From IMG/VR virus record IMGVR_UViG_3300009156_000027: DNA of 64,000 nt; one strand, written 5' to 3'. The notes under the pieces are model-generated. The model had not been told where the DNA came from. It searched no databases and worked only from the letters and a program-made list of their open reading frames with translations. This DNA comes from a virus. This document shows positions 54,187 to 62,707 of the stretch, piece after piece (the stretch's first letter is position 1; every line of letters begins with the position of its first letter). A program made the position numbers and the translations under genes.

Positions 54187-54431
54187 TAGTCGCCTTTCAC
54201 GAACGACATCGTGTCGTGGCCGAGCGCCGCGCGCATGATATTCTCGACTTGCGGATCGACCGGTCCAATGGCGAGGACGATGTACAAGGTCTCACCCACC
54301 CGATACGTGGCCCACATCTTCCCTTCGTTGTCCGGCTGCGGATCACCTTCTTTCACGGCACGCGCCATCCAGACGCGGGCCTCGGGATGGTTCATCATTC
54401 GATTCACGATCTCCTTAGTTCGATGGTCCAT
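54186..54431 (-). CDS. Hypothetical protein
   Basis: SD GGAGG; 81 aa. Confidence 0.6.
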   Translation of the reverse strand: MDHRTKEIVNRMMNHPEARVWMARAVKEGDPQPDNEGKMWATYRVGETLYIVLAIGPVDPQVENIMRAALGHDTMSFVKGD

Positions 54432-54514
54432 CTTATTCCTCCCCTTACTGATCGTCTTGTTTTTCTGTCAATCGTGGCCCTCGGGATCGCCGAGGAGGCC
54501 CGTGGGCTTGTCCC

Positions 54515-54649
54515 TCATAGCACTCCGCGTTTTTGCAGAATGGCACGGACCCACCGTTCCGTGAGCCTGAAGCGCCGCGCCAGTTGCCGGGTCGACCGCC
54601 CCGACTTGAAGTAGGCGCTGATTTGTCGATTACGTTCGTAGCGGTTCAT
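54515..54649 (-). CDS. Small HTH protein
   Basis: RNRQI...F.SG.STRQLARRFRLTERWVRAIL. Confidence 0.65.
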   Translation of the reverse strand: MNRYERNRQISAYFKSGRSTRQLARRFRLTERWVRAILQKRGVL

Positions 54650-54849
54650 GGGCGCTCCTGCGCGGGATCGCCGAGGATACGGGCCAGCGCCGCATCGAGT
54701 TCGTCCGCATCCACCCATCGCTTCGTCTCGTCGGCATGATGCACATGTCGGGGCAGGGCGCGGATCGCCGCCACCAGTGCATCTGCCTTCCTCTCAGCAG
54801 CCCTGCGTCGGTCAATCTCCTGGACGATGATCGCTTCGGTATCAGTCAT
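54646..54849 (-). CDS. Hypothetical protein (paralog of next gene)
   Basis: Shares AAIRAL and ALARILG with 54846-55160. Confidence 0.55.
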   Translation of the reverse strand: MTDTEAIIVQEIDRRRAAERKADALVAAIRALPRHVHHADETKRWVDADELDAALARILGDPAQERP

Positions 54850-55160
54850 TTTGATTTCTCCTCGCCGAGGATACGGGCCAGCGCCTCAACGTGCGTCTCA
54901 CACAGCTGCGCTCGGGGATGACAATGCCGCCGCCGCAAGTCTTTCGCATCCTCTTGCCATTCGTCTCGCAGGGCGCGGATCGCCGCGTGCGTGGCCGCCA
55001 ACTGGGCCGCCAATTGGTCGATGAGCATGTGCGGGCTCGGCACGTATTCGCCAGCAAGTCCCTGATGGCGGAAGAACGAGCCGTGCTCAGCGCTGCCCGA
55101 ATATGCTGCGTCGATTGCTCGCCTCAACTGCTCAATCAGCTTCGCCGGTTGGTCGCTCAC
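54846..55160 (-). CDS. Hypothetical protein
   Basis: SD GGAGG, GTG start. Confidence 0.55.
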   Translation of the reverse strand: MSDQPAKLIEQLRRAIDAAYSGSAEHGSFFRHQGLAGEYVPSPHMLIDQLAAQLAATHAAIRALRDEWQEDAKDLRRRHCHPRAQLCETHVEALARILGEEKSK

Positions 55161-55202
55161 GCCTGCCTCCGAGTCCCGTCTGCTCCCGAATTATGGTCCA
55201 TC

Positions 55203-55796
55203 TTATTCCTCCCGTTCTGCGTCGTCCGCTAATTTTCGGTCGGTGTGTTCGCCAGGACGATCCGTGCGATCAGCAGAATCGCTAGCGCCGCGTCCGCTTG
55301 TGTCTTCTTCTCCAGGTCCTCGATCCGACTCAGAATGTCCTTCCGTTGCGCGGTAGTGATGGGCACGTTTCCGCTCCTTTGCGTAATACCGAGTTTTCCC
55401 TTCGGGCAGATGTTCCACGATCAACTCGAGATCGAGGTTGCTGAACATAATGTTCGGGGACACGAGACCGTAGATCTCAACATCGAGCGCGGCGAACATA
55501 TTCTGGGTGAGTGTGAGTCGAGGAATCCCATCCACCGGACAGTCGAGATGGATGTCGACGACCTCTTGGATCTCTTGTCCGTTGATGACCGTCTTGACAC
55601 CACCGTGTTGCCATCCCGCGTGTGGATAGTTCGTCAACTGCAACCGATTGGCGTTCTTGGCCGTACCGCCTTCCGGGATCGCATTCAACAAGTCGGCGAT
55701 CTGTTGAAGATTTCGACGACCCGCACCTTCGTCGAACGGAGGTTCCATTGGCCCCGCCGGAGAAACCAGCCACTCAGCGAGCTCTTTCGGTGTCAT
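55203..55796 (-). CDS. Hypothetical protein
   Basis: SD AGGAG; 197 aa. Confidence 0.6.
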   Translation of the reverse strand: MTPKELAEWLVSPAGPMEPPFDEGAGRRNLQQIADLLNAIPEGGTAKNANRLQLTNYPHAGWQHGGVKTVINGQEIQEVVDIHLDCPVDGIPRLTLTQNMFAALDVEIYGLVSPNIMFSNLDLELIVEHLPEGKTRYYAKERKRAHHYRATEGHSESDRGPGEEDTSGRGASDSADRTDRPGEHTDRKLADDAEREE

Positions 55797-55981
55797 CTTG
55801 GTCTCCTTGTTAGCGCATGTACACAGCCAGTCAGGAACTTCCGAATACCACCCGGGACATCGGCGGTCGTGAAGCATTGACACTTCTCCTCGCGTTGGCC
55901 ACAATGATAGCATCGGGCCGGTCCACCACTATTGTAGCTAATCGGCGGATGCCGTTTGTTGCAGACAGGACAGACCATCAT
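55793..55981 (-). CDS. Small Cys-rich protein
   Basis: CPVC...CYHC...CQC. Confidence 0.55.
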   Translation of the reverse strand: MMVCPVCNKRHPPISYNSGGPARCYHCGQREEKCQCFTTADVPGGIRKFLTGCVHALTRRPR

Positions 55982-56135
55982 GATGGGACCCCGTCGTCGA
56001 GGAGTTCGAGAACGAAGGTATATTCGTTCCCATCAACCGCATGGCTTCGAACTCGCCACCCTCTCGCGTAATGCGCGTCGAGGAGCTTGGTGACTTCCTC
56101 GGCTTTCTGAATACGCACACGCATGAATAGCACAG

Positions 56136-56330
56136 TCATGGCTTCCACCTGCTTTCGATGATACGTATTCCAGGATATCCTTCCAACTCAGGATAGATAT
56201 TGGGATCATAGCCCATGACAATCAAGGACTCGTCGGGAATATACATCTGAAACGGTCCATAAGCTCGATCCTTTTGGATTGCTTCCAGCATCTTCACGAT
56301 ATCTTCTTTGATAGGATCCTGCTTGGCCAT
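56136..56330 (-). CDS. Hypothetical protein
   Basis: SD GGAG; 64 aa. Confidence 0.5.
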   Translation of the reverse strand: MAKQDPIKEDIVKMLEAIQKDRAYGPFQMYIPDESLIVMGYDPNIYPELEGYPGIRIIESRWKP

Positions 56331-56347
56331 TAGCTTCTCTCCATTGA

Positions 56348-56725
56348 TCACGGTGTCTGTCCTTTCGGCACCGCGGCTTCTTCGTAGACCAACCATCGAG
56401 TGTAGCCAACCCCAATGACTTTGTGATCCTGGGCGATGACTTTGAACCGATGCCCACCCGCCAAGAAGATGTTCGGCGGAATGCTCGTAATCAATCCTTT
56501 TCGGAGCATGTAGATATCGAACCAGTACATCGGCACCTTACATGCCGGCACGACCCACACGGTCTTGGGGTAGCGACGTTCAAACACCAACGTGGGCAAT
56601 CGGGCGTATTGGTCGGGCGTGTCTTCTAGCGCCGCATGCACGTTTGTTTTCGTAGGCGCGCGCTTGCGATGACGCCGGCTCTTCCTATCAATTACAGGGA
56701 CGACGATTCGTTTCGACTTGGCCAC
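56348..56725 (-). CDS. Hypothetical protein
   Basis: TAGTG coupling; 125 aa. Confidence 0.5.
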   Translation of the reverse strand: MAKSKRIVVPVIDRKSRRHRKRAPTKTNVHAALEDTPDQYARLPTLVFERRYPKTVWVVPACKVPMYWFDIYMLRKGLITSIPPNIFLAGGHRFKVIAQDHKVIGVGYTRWLVYEEAAVPKGQTP

Positions 56726-57267
56726 TACTCTCCTTCTCCAAGGGTCGCCGTATGCACTACACCTTTGGTGGCTGGGATTCCCGTCGTGAGTGCATATACG
56801 TGATGACCTTCCCACCCATTAGCTGCATTGGGTTTCGTCAGACTCGACGTTCTCGGCACGAATACTTCTACAAACCATCGGCCCGGACGCTCGGGATCTG
56901 GTGTGAGCTTTCGTACGACGGCTCCTGACGCCGAAATACTATCCGCCCATTCTTGGAAGGCTGGAGGAATTCGAATGATCGGGGCTTCGTCGGTGGCGCG
57001 GCGTTGGCGTACGGGTTTCTCCTTACCATTAATTGGCATGCTCACAGACGGTACTTGCGTTCGCGTGGGTTCGGCGTGTGGCCAGGGACACTGATCGGGG
57101 TTGCAATCTACACACCAGAGTCGGGCGCAATGGGAGCAGACGATTGGGGTCTGTCCACACGTGGGGCACGGTCGGTGTCGACGGCGATTGGCGCGACGTA
57201 GCTTATTTCGTAGTAAGCGATTTCTCACTTCTTCGGGCAGTTGGACCGTTCTTTTCAGCGTAGGCAT
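56725..57267 (-). CDS. Zn-finger protein, first gene of the leftward block
   Basis: CPTC...CSHC...CVDC...CPW. Confidence 0.6.
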   Translation of the reverse strand: MPTLKRTVQLPEEVRNRLLRNKLRRANRRRHRPCPTCGQTPIVCSHCARLWCVDCNPDQCPWPHAEPTRTQVPSVSMPINGKEKPVRQRRATDEAPIIRIPPAFQEWADSISASGAVVRKLTPDPERPGRWFVEVFVPRTSSLTKPNAANGWEGHHVYALTTGIPATKGVVHTATLGEGE

Positions 57268-57269
57268 GT

Positions 57270-58046
57270 CCCGTTATTATCGCTCGGAACGGCCGGGCTC
57301 GCGCAACAATATTATTGGCCGGAGGTTTCGTGAGGCCTCAGGTGTGATTCATGAGAATTTGGAAGGTTGGCATGGGGCCTTCCCATCGAAGTGGAACTCA
57401 GGGTTATTTGGAGTGGTTTGTGAATGGTGCGCTTAGTCAGGGTTTAATCATCATTGCGTGAGACCGAAAAGAGGATATGCTCCATCACCATTCTCAATTG
57501 AGGAGCTAGACAAGCGGGTGGAAGTGAGGAAAAATTACATTGACCCGGTATAGCGCGGGGGTATGGGTCCCCCCTCTTCTTCTAACCCTAAATCGAAAGT
57601 AAGTTAGTTAATTAAGGCACGAAAATTAGAGCGAAGGAAGGCGCCCCACGTCCCGACCCTACCCCCTGGGGGGCCGGAACCCGGGTCAATGTTGGGAAAC
57701 TCAGAAATCCCCTAAGTATGAATCACACGTATCTGAATTCGTGCCGGTATTATCGTCAGCACGTATCGGTGGAACTGCCTCGATTACGCCATATTGATGG
57801 AAGTGGACGGGATCACAGGAAACACTAAGTGGAATGCGAATTATGGACAGCATTCATGAGCCACCGAGGACTGGAAATCGTCATGACTCAGCCAGCTCAC
57901 GTCATGACCTCACGTAATTATGATCATGGCCGTCATCACGTCACCTCACCAGACCTCATGACTCATCACATCAACCGAAAAAATCACGGAAATAATGACG
58001 CGCGACGTGACGTTTCGCCTCACGTCACGGTCACCTTACGGTAATC
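57270..58046. promoter_or_regulatory. Divergent non-coding region; candidate promoters and packaging (cos/pac) zone
   Basis: Lies between the divergent blocks just upstream of putative terS; G/C runs (GGGGGTATGGG at 57557), AT-rich stretch, dense TCAYG repeats. Confidence 0.5.
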
Positions 58047-58460
58047 ATGAGCAAATCACGTAAGAAGTCACCTACGGTCCTCGTCGACGTCCCGTCATCG
58101 TCACGTGGCGTACCGCTGACCCTCGCGCCGTTAGGGCCAGTGAGTCGGCGTAACATACGAGGGATCGCGAAAGACCTCGTGAGTCAGCATACCACCGAGA
58201 TCGCCCTCAGGTTACGAGAAGGTATGCTGAGTCAGAACCTTAGGCTGGCCCTCAAGTACCTCACATTCGTGGGTGATCGGACGGATGGGAAGCCAGTCGA
58301 GACCCATCGCATGGTCGGCTTACAGGACGGACCTACTGGGACCTATGACTTAGATAAGCTCTCGAGTAAGGAACGCATTGCGTTGTTGAAGTTGTTACGA
58401 GTAGCGAGGCAGGAGGCTGAGGCCAGTAGTCCTCCTCATCCTCAGAACAAGAAGAAGTAA
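58047..58460 (+). CDS. Putative terminase small subunit
   Basis: First rightward gene; DRTDGKPVE...DL.KLS..E pattern seen in TerS-like proteins; upstream of terL. Confidence 0.5.
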   Translation: MSKSRKKSPTVLVDVPSSSRGVPLTLAPLGPVSRRNIRGIAKDLVSQHTTEIALRLREGMLSQNLRLALKYLTFVGDRTDGKPVETHRMVGLQDGPTGTYDLDKLSSKERIALLKLLRVARQEAEASSPPHPQNKKK

Positions 58461-58807
58461 GGACAACGACCACGAGTAGTCGATCGTGGGCACAGAACCG
58501 ACAGCCCGCATTCTCATAATTCTAGTAGGGTACTTAGGAAAGTGAGAATGCGCAATGAGTGGCGGTAGATCCATAGGCGGATTGGGACGTGGTCGCGACA
58601 TGAGGATGCTGACCGTGCAACGCGCTGAACGGAAAATGACCCGTGGGGAATCTTCCCTCCCCATTATCATCATTGCGTTCCTCGTCGCGATTGCCTTGCT
58701 CTCCCTATCACACGCCTGTACCTACGCACGGAATCACTACCGAATTCACCGGCTAACGCAAGTATCGGCTTCGGAGGGCCAATTTATTAATCGTTAGGAA
58801 ATAACTC

Positions 58808-59083
58808 ATGACACCACCAAACTCAACCCCAATCATCCTCGGCGCCCCGATCGTCAACGACTGGTCCATCTCGTTGCTCGTTACGTGTTCTTGTCATACG
58901 GTACTCCTCGTCGTCGGGAAGATGGGCGTGATCTTCCAATGCAACCGATGCCAACGCATGTACTGCTTGACCAGACTCACTTCTACCCCAGAAGGTCAGT
59001 TGCAGGTCGGCATCAGTTCTCCGCAAGCCAATTCGCCGTCCCTCTCCTTACCCCTAACCCCTCCCCCTTCTCCGAATGGGTAA
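58808..59083 (+). CDS. Small Cys-containing protein
   Basis: SD AGGA; CSC...CNRC. Confidence 0.5.
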   Translation: MTPPNSTPIILGAPIVNDWSISLLVTCSCHTVLLVVGKMGVIFQCNRCQRMYCLTRLTSTPEGQLQVGISSPQANSPSLSLPLTPPPSPNG

Positions 59084-59114
59084 CGCGAGCGCGCGCGAAT
59101 AAGAAAAAACGTCC

Positions 59115-59360
59115 ATGCAACCACCCACGGATCCACAACTCGTCGACTGGGGACTGAAACAATTTGGTCCACCAGCGACGCTCCTCGCAATCTTTATCGT
59201 GGGTCTCTTGCGGAAGTGGTGGGTCATCGGATGGCAGTACTCTGAATTGCAAGCGCTCGTGGTGAGAGCCGATGCGCGAGCCGACAAGTGGCAAGAAGTC
59301 GCTCTCAAAGCCATGGGAGTAGGAGAGACCCTCGTCAACATCGCGAAAGACAAGCTGTAA
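59115..59360 (+). CDS. Holin-like membrane protein
   Basis: One TM (ATLLAIFIVGLL), WWV.G motif, coiled-coil C-terminus. Confidence 0.5.
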   Translation: MQPPTDPQLVDWGLKQFGPPATLLAIFIVGLLRKWWVIGWQYSELQALVVRADARADKWQEVALKAMGVGETLVNIAKDKL

Positions 59361-59366
59361 CGCGTT

Positions 59367-59579
59367 ATGTGGAGACGCCTTGTGCAACGAACGTTTCTGT
59401 GGTTGAAAGAGTCGCTCGCACCACCAGAACTTGCGAACGATCCTGAAAACGTTGAGGACCTGGCGTGGTTGGAGAGGGAGAAGGCAAAGCAGCTGGCTGA
59501 AACACAAGATCGACTTGTTAGACTGCAAGAACAACTCGCCGTCGTTGATCGACGGAAAACGGAGCGGTACTATCCATGA
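59367..59579 (+). CDS. Small coiled-coil protein
   Basis: 70 aa, ATGA coupling. Confidence 0.55.
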   Translation: MWRRLVQRTFLWLKESLAPPELANDPENVEDLAWLEREKAKQLAETQDRLVRLQEQLAVVDRRKTERYYP

Positions 59580-60025
59580 GTTGGATTGTTGCGTATTGGC
59601 CGGTCTGGTTGGAGAGTGCGGATGTCTGGCGTATCATCTTCCTTGGAGTACTTCTCATCTGTCTGAGGTACCTTCGACGGTTGTTGACGATGGGCCAGCA
59701 AGATCGAATCGCTCGAGAGATCCAACTGAGTCAGATTAACCGGAAAGCCACCGACCTCACACGGCAGGCACAAGAAATCGCGGATCAAGTGAAAGCTAGA
59801 AACAACATCGCCGCGGAACTGGTTCGAGAACAACTTGTACAGATCGATGACAAGATGGACGCGAATACGGAGATGACGAAGAAGGCGGCAGAAGCCAGCG
59901 CGGAAGCGGCCCACGTTGCGAACGACGTCAACGCGAAGATCGCAGCCACGAACGAACATCTCTCGAAAGTTGTTGACAGTCTAACTCCGTCGGCGACCAC
60001 GAAGGAAACAACCACCAAGAAATGA
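59576..60025 (+). CDS. Membrane-anchored coiled-coil protein (holin or i-spanin-like)
   Basis: TM WRIIFLGVLLICL followed by a long Ala/Gln-rich coiled coil. Confidence 0.55.
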   Translation: MSWIVAYWPVWLESADVWRIIFLGVLLICLRYLRRLLTMGQQDRIAREIQLSQINRKATDLTRQAQEIADQVKARNNIAAELVREQLVQIDDKMDANTEMTKKAAEASAEAAHVANDVNAKIAATNEHLSKVVDSLTPSATTKETTTKK

Positions 60026-61569
60026 AGATTCGGATCAAACGGAAGAAAGGGCGACCGGCGCGTACGGTAGCCATTCCTTCGGTTAACGTCACCGCGGGGT
60101 TCTCGCAGGAGGACCTCGCCGGTGTCGTCTCCGAACTTGAACGATTGGTGTGGCTGGAAGATCCGGTCGCCTTTGTCAACGAGCGGTGTAACGAGTTCTT
60201 GTGGAGTAAGCAACGAGAGATCGCGCTCTCTGTAGTGAACAATCGGCGTACCGCGGTTCATTCATGTCATGAGACCGGAAAGTCGTTTCTCGCTGCTCGC
60301 CTAGCTGCGTGGTGGTTGGCGACGCACAAGCCCGGAGAAGCTTTCGTCGTCTCATCGGCACCTACCGGTCGTCAGGTACGAACCATCTTATGGCGTGAGA
60401 TTGGTCGTGTCCACGCCAAGGCTGGCCTCCCGGGTCGTACGAACCAAACGGAGTGGATGATGGACGTCACTCACGAGAGTGGCGCGTCCAACGAGGAGAT
60501 CGTTGCCTTTGGTATGAAGCCGGACGACATGAGTCCGACGGCCTTCCAAGGGATCCATGCCAAGTACGTCCTGGTGATCTTCGACGAAGCGTGCGGGATC
60601 GCTCCTGCGTTGTGGGATGCGGCCGACTCGCTCGTGGCCAACGATTTTTCACGAATGCTCGCCATTGGCAACCCCGACGACCCCGAGACCGAGTTCCACG
60701 AAGTCTGTAAGCCCGGCTCGGGATGGAATGTTATTGGTATCGGGTACCTCGACACGCCCAATTTCACCCAGGAGGAGGTACCGGACGACATTCGACCGCT
60801 CCTCATCGGTTCGTTCTGGGTAGAGGAGAAACGAAAGAAGTGGGGAGAAGAAAATCCGCTGTTCATCTCGAAGGTCATGGGACAGTTCCCCGAGACGACC
60901 CTCGATGGATTAATTCCGATGAAGTGGATTCGCCAAGCCCAAGAGCGAGAACTCAAACCAGGACTGCCTAGCGAGCTTGGGGTCGACATCGGCGGTGGTG
61001 GCGACCCGAATATCATCGCACACCGGCGTGGTTACGTCGTACGGATCATCCGTAAGGACGTTGAACCAGATACGATGAAGACGTGTGGCCATATCATCCA
61101 AGCCTTGCGAGCCACCAATGCCGACTGTGCCAAGATTGACGTTATCGGCATTGGCCGCGGTGTTGTTAACCGAGGACAGGAGCTTAAGAAACCGTTCATC
61201 GGCGTTAACGTTGCCGAGAAACCCTTGTCCCGTGCTAAATCCAAGTTGGAACGAAAGCATGGACGTCGTCCTGACCAGGAGTTCGCGAACCTTAAGGCTG
61301 AAGGCTACTGGAACCTACGTACACACTTCCAGGAAGGGAATATTGACATTGACGCGGAGGATGACGATCTGGCCGCGCAACTTGCCGCGCTCAAGTACAC
61401 GAGCAACAGCAAGGGCGAGACGATTATGGTTCCAAAGAAAGAAACGAAAGACGATTTGAAGCGATCGCCTGACGAGGCCGAGGCTGTGATGTTGGCGTTC
61501 ATCAAACCGATCACTCTACCGAAGAAGAAGCACAAGGTCACCTGGGGACGTGGAAGGAGAGCGGCATGA
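60022..61569 (+). CDS. terL: Terminase large subunit
   Basis: W.KQ, SCHETGKS (Walker A), APT..Q, VIFDEA (Walker B), GNP, LGVDIG and SPD..EA (RNase H-like nuclease). Confidence 0.95.
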   Translation: MKIRIKRKKGRPARTVAIPSVNVTAGFSQEDLAGVVSELERLVWLEDPVAFVNERCNEFLWSKQREIALSVVNNRRTAVHSCHETGKSFLAARLAAWWLATHKPGEAFVVSSAPTGRQVRTILWREIGRVHAKAGLPGRTNQTEWMMDVTHESGASNEEIVAFGMKPDDMSPTAFQGIHAKYVLVIFDEACGIAPALWDAADSLVANDFSRMLAIGNPDDPETEFHEVCKPGSGWNVIGIGYLDTPNFTQEEVPDDIRPLLIGSFWVEEKRKKWGEENPLFISKVMGQFPETTLDGLIPMKWIRQAQERELKPGLPSELGVDIGGGGDPNIIAHRRGYVVRIIRKDVEPDTMKTCGHIIQALRATNADCAKIDVIGIGRGVVNRGQELKKPFIGVNVAEKPLSRAKSKLERKHGRRPDQEFANLKAEGYWNLRTHFQEGNIDIDAEDDDLAAQLAALKYTSNSKGETIMVPKKETKDDLKRSPDEAEAVMLAFIKPITLPKKKHKVTWGRGRRAA

Positions 61570-62297
61570 TCTTGACCGTGGTCGAGACGGCGATTGGCGA
61601 AGACGTATACGACGAGCAGGGTGCGTTGTATCAACGTCGAGTTCGAACCGGTCTTGGAGTTGACATCTACGATGCGAACGGAGTACTCGCATCACAAGAG
61701 GTGACTATCGCTGGAGGTCGCCTTGAAGATAGCGCTCCGCTCGGCGACGACGATCCAGACCCACCGGCAGAAGGAGGAAGCGACGTGATACGTTCTGCGA
61801 CCATTCAACTCAACAACGCTCAGATCCTCGCGCTTCCTACTACCCCAATCACGGTGGTACCCGGCCAGGGGGAGGGGACCTATATCGTCCCGATCATGTG
61901 CGTGATCGAAAAGGACTTTCCGGGGGCGGGTGGGCCGATTGGTGGACTCGGCAATATCTCGAATAACTCACTGGATCAGGGATCGACAGATTTCGTTGTA
62001 GGTTGGGGTGACAACGAGGTCAATGCGTTCCGTCCAGTACCGATTCCACCGATTCAATTTGGATCGGCGTGCATGGCGTTCTTCTGCATTCCCTGGCAGC
62101 AGGTATCAGATCCGATCGCCGTTGAAGATGGCTTGTTCCCAATGGGTATCGGACTCAACAGCGACTTGAGTGATACCAACAAGCCGTTGAAGATGTGTGC
62201 GGACAATGCGGGTGGTGATTTCACCGGCGGATTTGCCGGTAACAAGATGACCATCACGGTGTATTATGCCGTGAGAACGTTCCGTAGTCTGACGTGA
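61566..62297 (+). CDS. Hypothetical (probable virion) protein
   Basis: 243 aa, ATGA-coupled to terL, beta-rich. Confidence 0.6.
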   Translation: MILTVVETAIGEDVYDEQGALYQRRVRTGLGVDIYDANGVLASQEVTIAGGRLEDSAPLGDDDPDPPAEGGSDVIRSATIQLNNAQILALPTTPITVVPGQGEGTYIVPIMCVIEKDFPGAGGPIGGLGNISNNSLDQGSTDFVVGWGDNEVNAFRPVPIPPIQFGSACMAFFCIPWQQVSDPIAVEDGLFPMGIGLNSDLSDTNKPLKMCADNAGGDFTGGFAGNKMTITVYYAVRTFRSLT

Positions 62298-62305
62298 GGC
62301 GGCGG

Positions 62306-62470
62306 TTGAATAAGGACGATCCGTTCTATTACGATCATTTACTCGTTCTATTTCTGAAAGGAAAGCTCAAGAGCGAGGAAATGACGGTGACCGAACGTCG
62401 GATTGTCCATTCGATGGTTCTTTTTCGAGCGATTCGAGAATTAAAACCCTGGAAACGTACGGCAGCTTAG
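62306..62470 (+). CDS. 54-aa hypothetical protein, not in ORF track
   Basis: TTG start filling the gap, open to TAG at 62468-62470. Confidence 0.35.
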   Translation: MNKDDPFYYDHLLVLFLKGKLKSEEMTVTERRIVHSMVLFRAIRELKPWKRTAA

Positions 62471-62481
62471 GAGACACCACC

Positions 62482-62691
62482 ATGTTCATTGAGGTTCGAG
62501 CGTTCGACGACATGAAGCGGGAGTTCATCGTCAAGAGCATCAAGAAAGAAAACGTGAATGCGTACGACCCCGATGTCGTCGTGATGTACGGACCTCACGG
62601 TGAGCGTGCCTGTGTCAAGGTGTTCATGGTCGGGTACTGGTTCTGGATGAGTGCGGAGGACGTGACACTGATCGGACCGACGACGGCGTAG
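62482..62691 (+). CDS. Hypothetical protein
   Basis: SD AGGAG; 69 aa. Confidence 0.6.
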   Translation: MFIEVRAFDDMKREFIVKSIKKENVNAYDPDVVVMYGPHGERACVKVFMVGYWFWMSAEDVTLIGPTTA

Positions 62692-62707
62692 GATCGGAAT
62701 CACCACC

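Larger units (their letters stand above)
54423..55213. repeat. 21-bp direct repeats (54423-54443, 55193-55213) flanking a GC-rich block
   Basis: ATGGTCCATCTTATTCCTCCC identical in both copies; it covers an SD and the first codons (MDH). Confidence 0.75.

Noticed and set aside
57829-58044. 71-aa His/Thr-rich ORF
   Set aside because: Composition is dictated by the TCAYG repeats and there is no clear SD.
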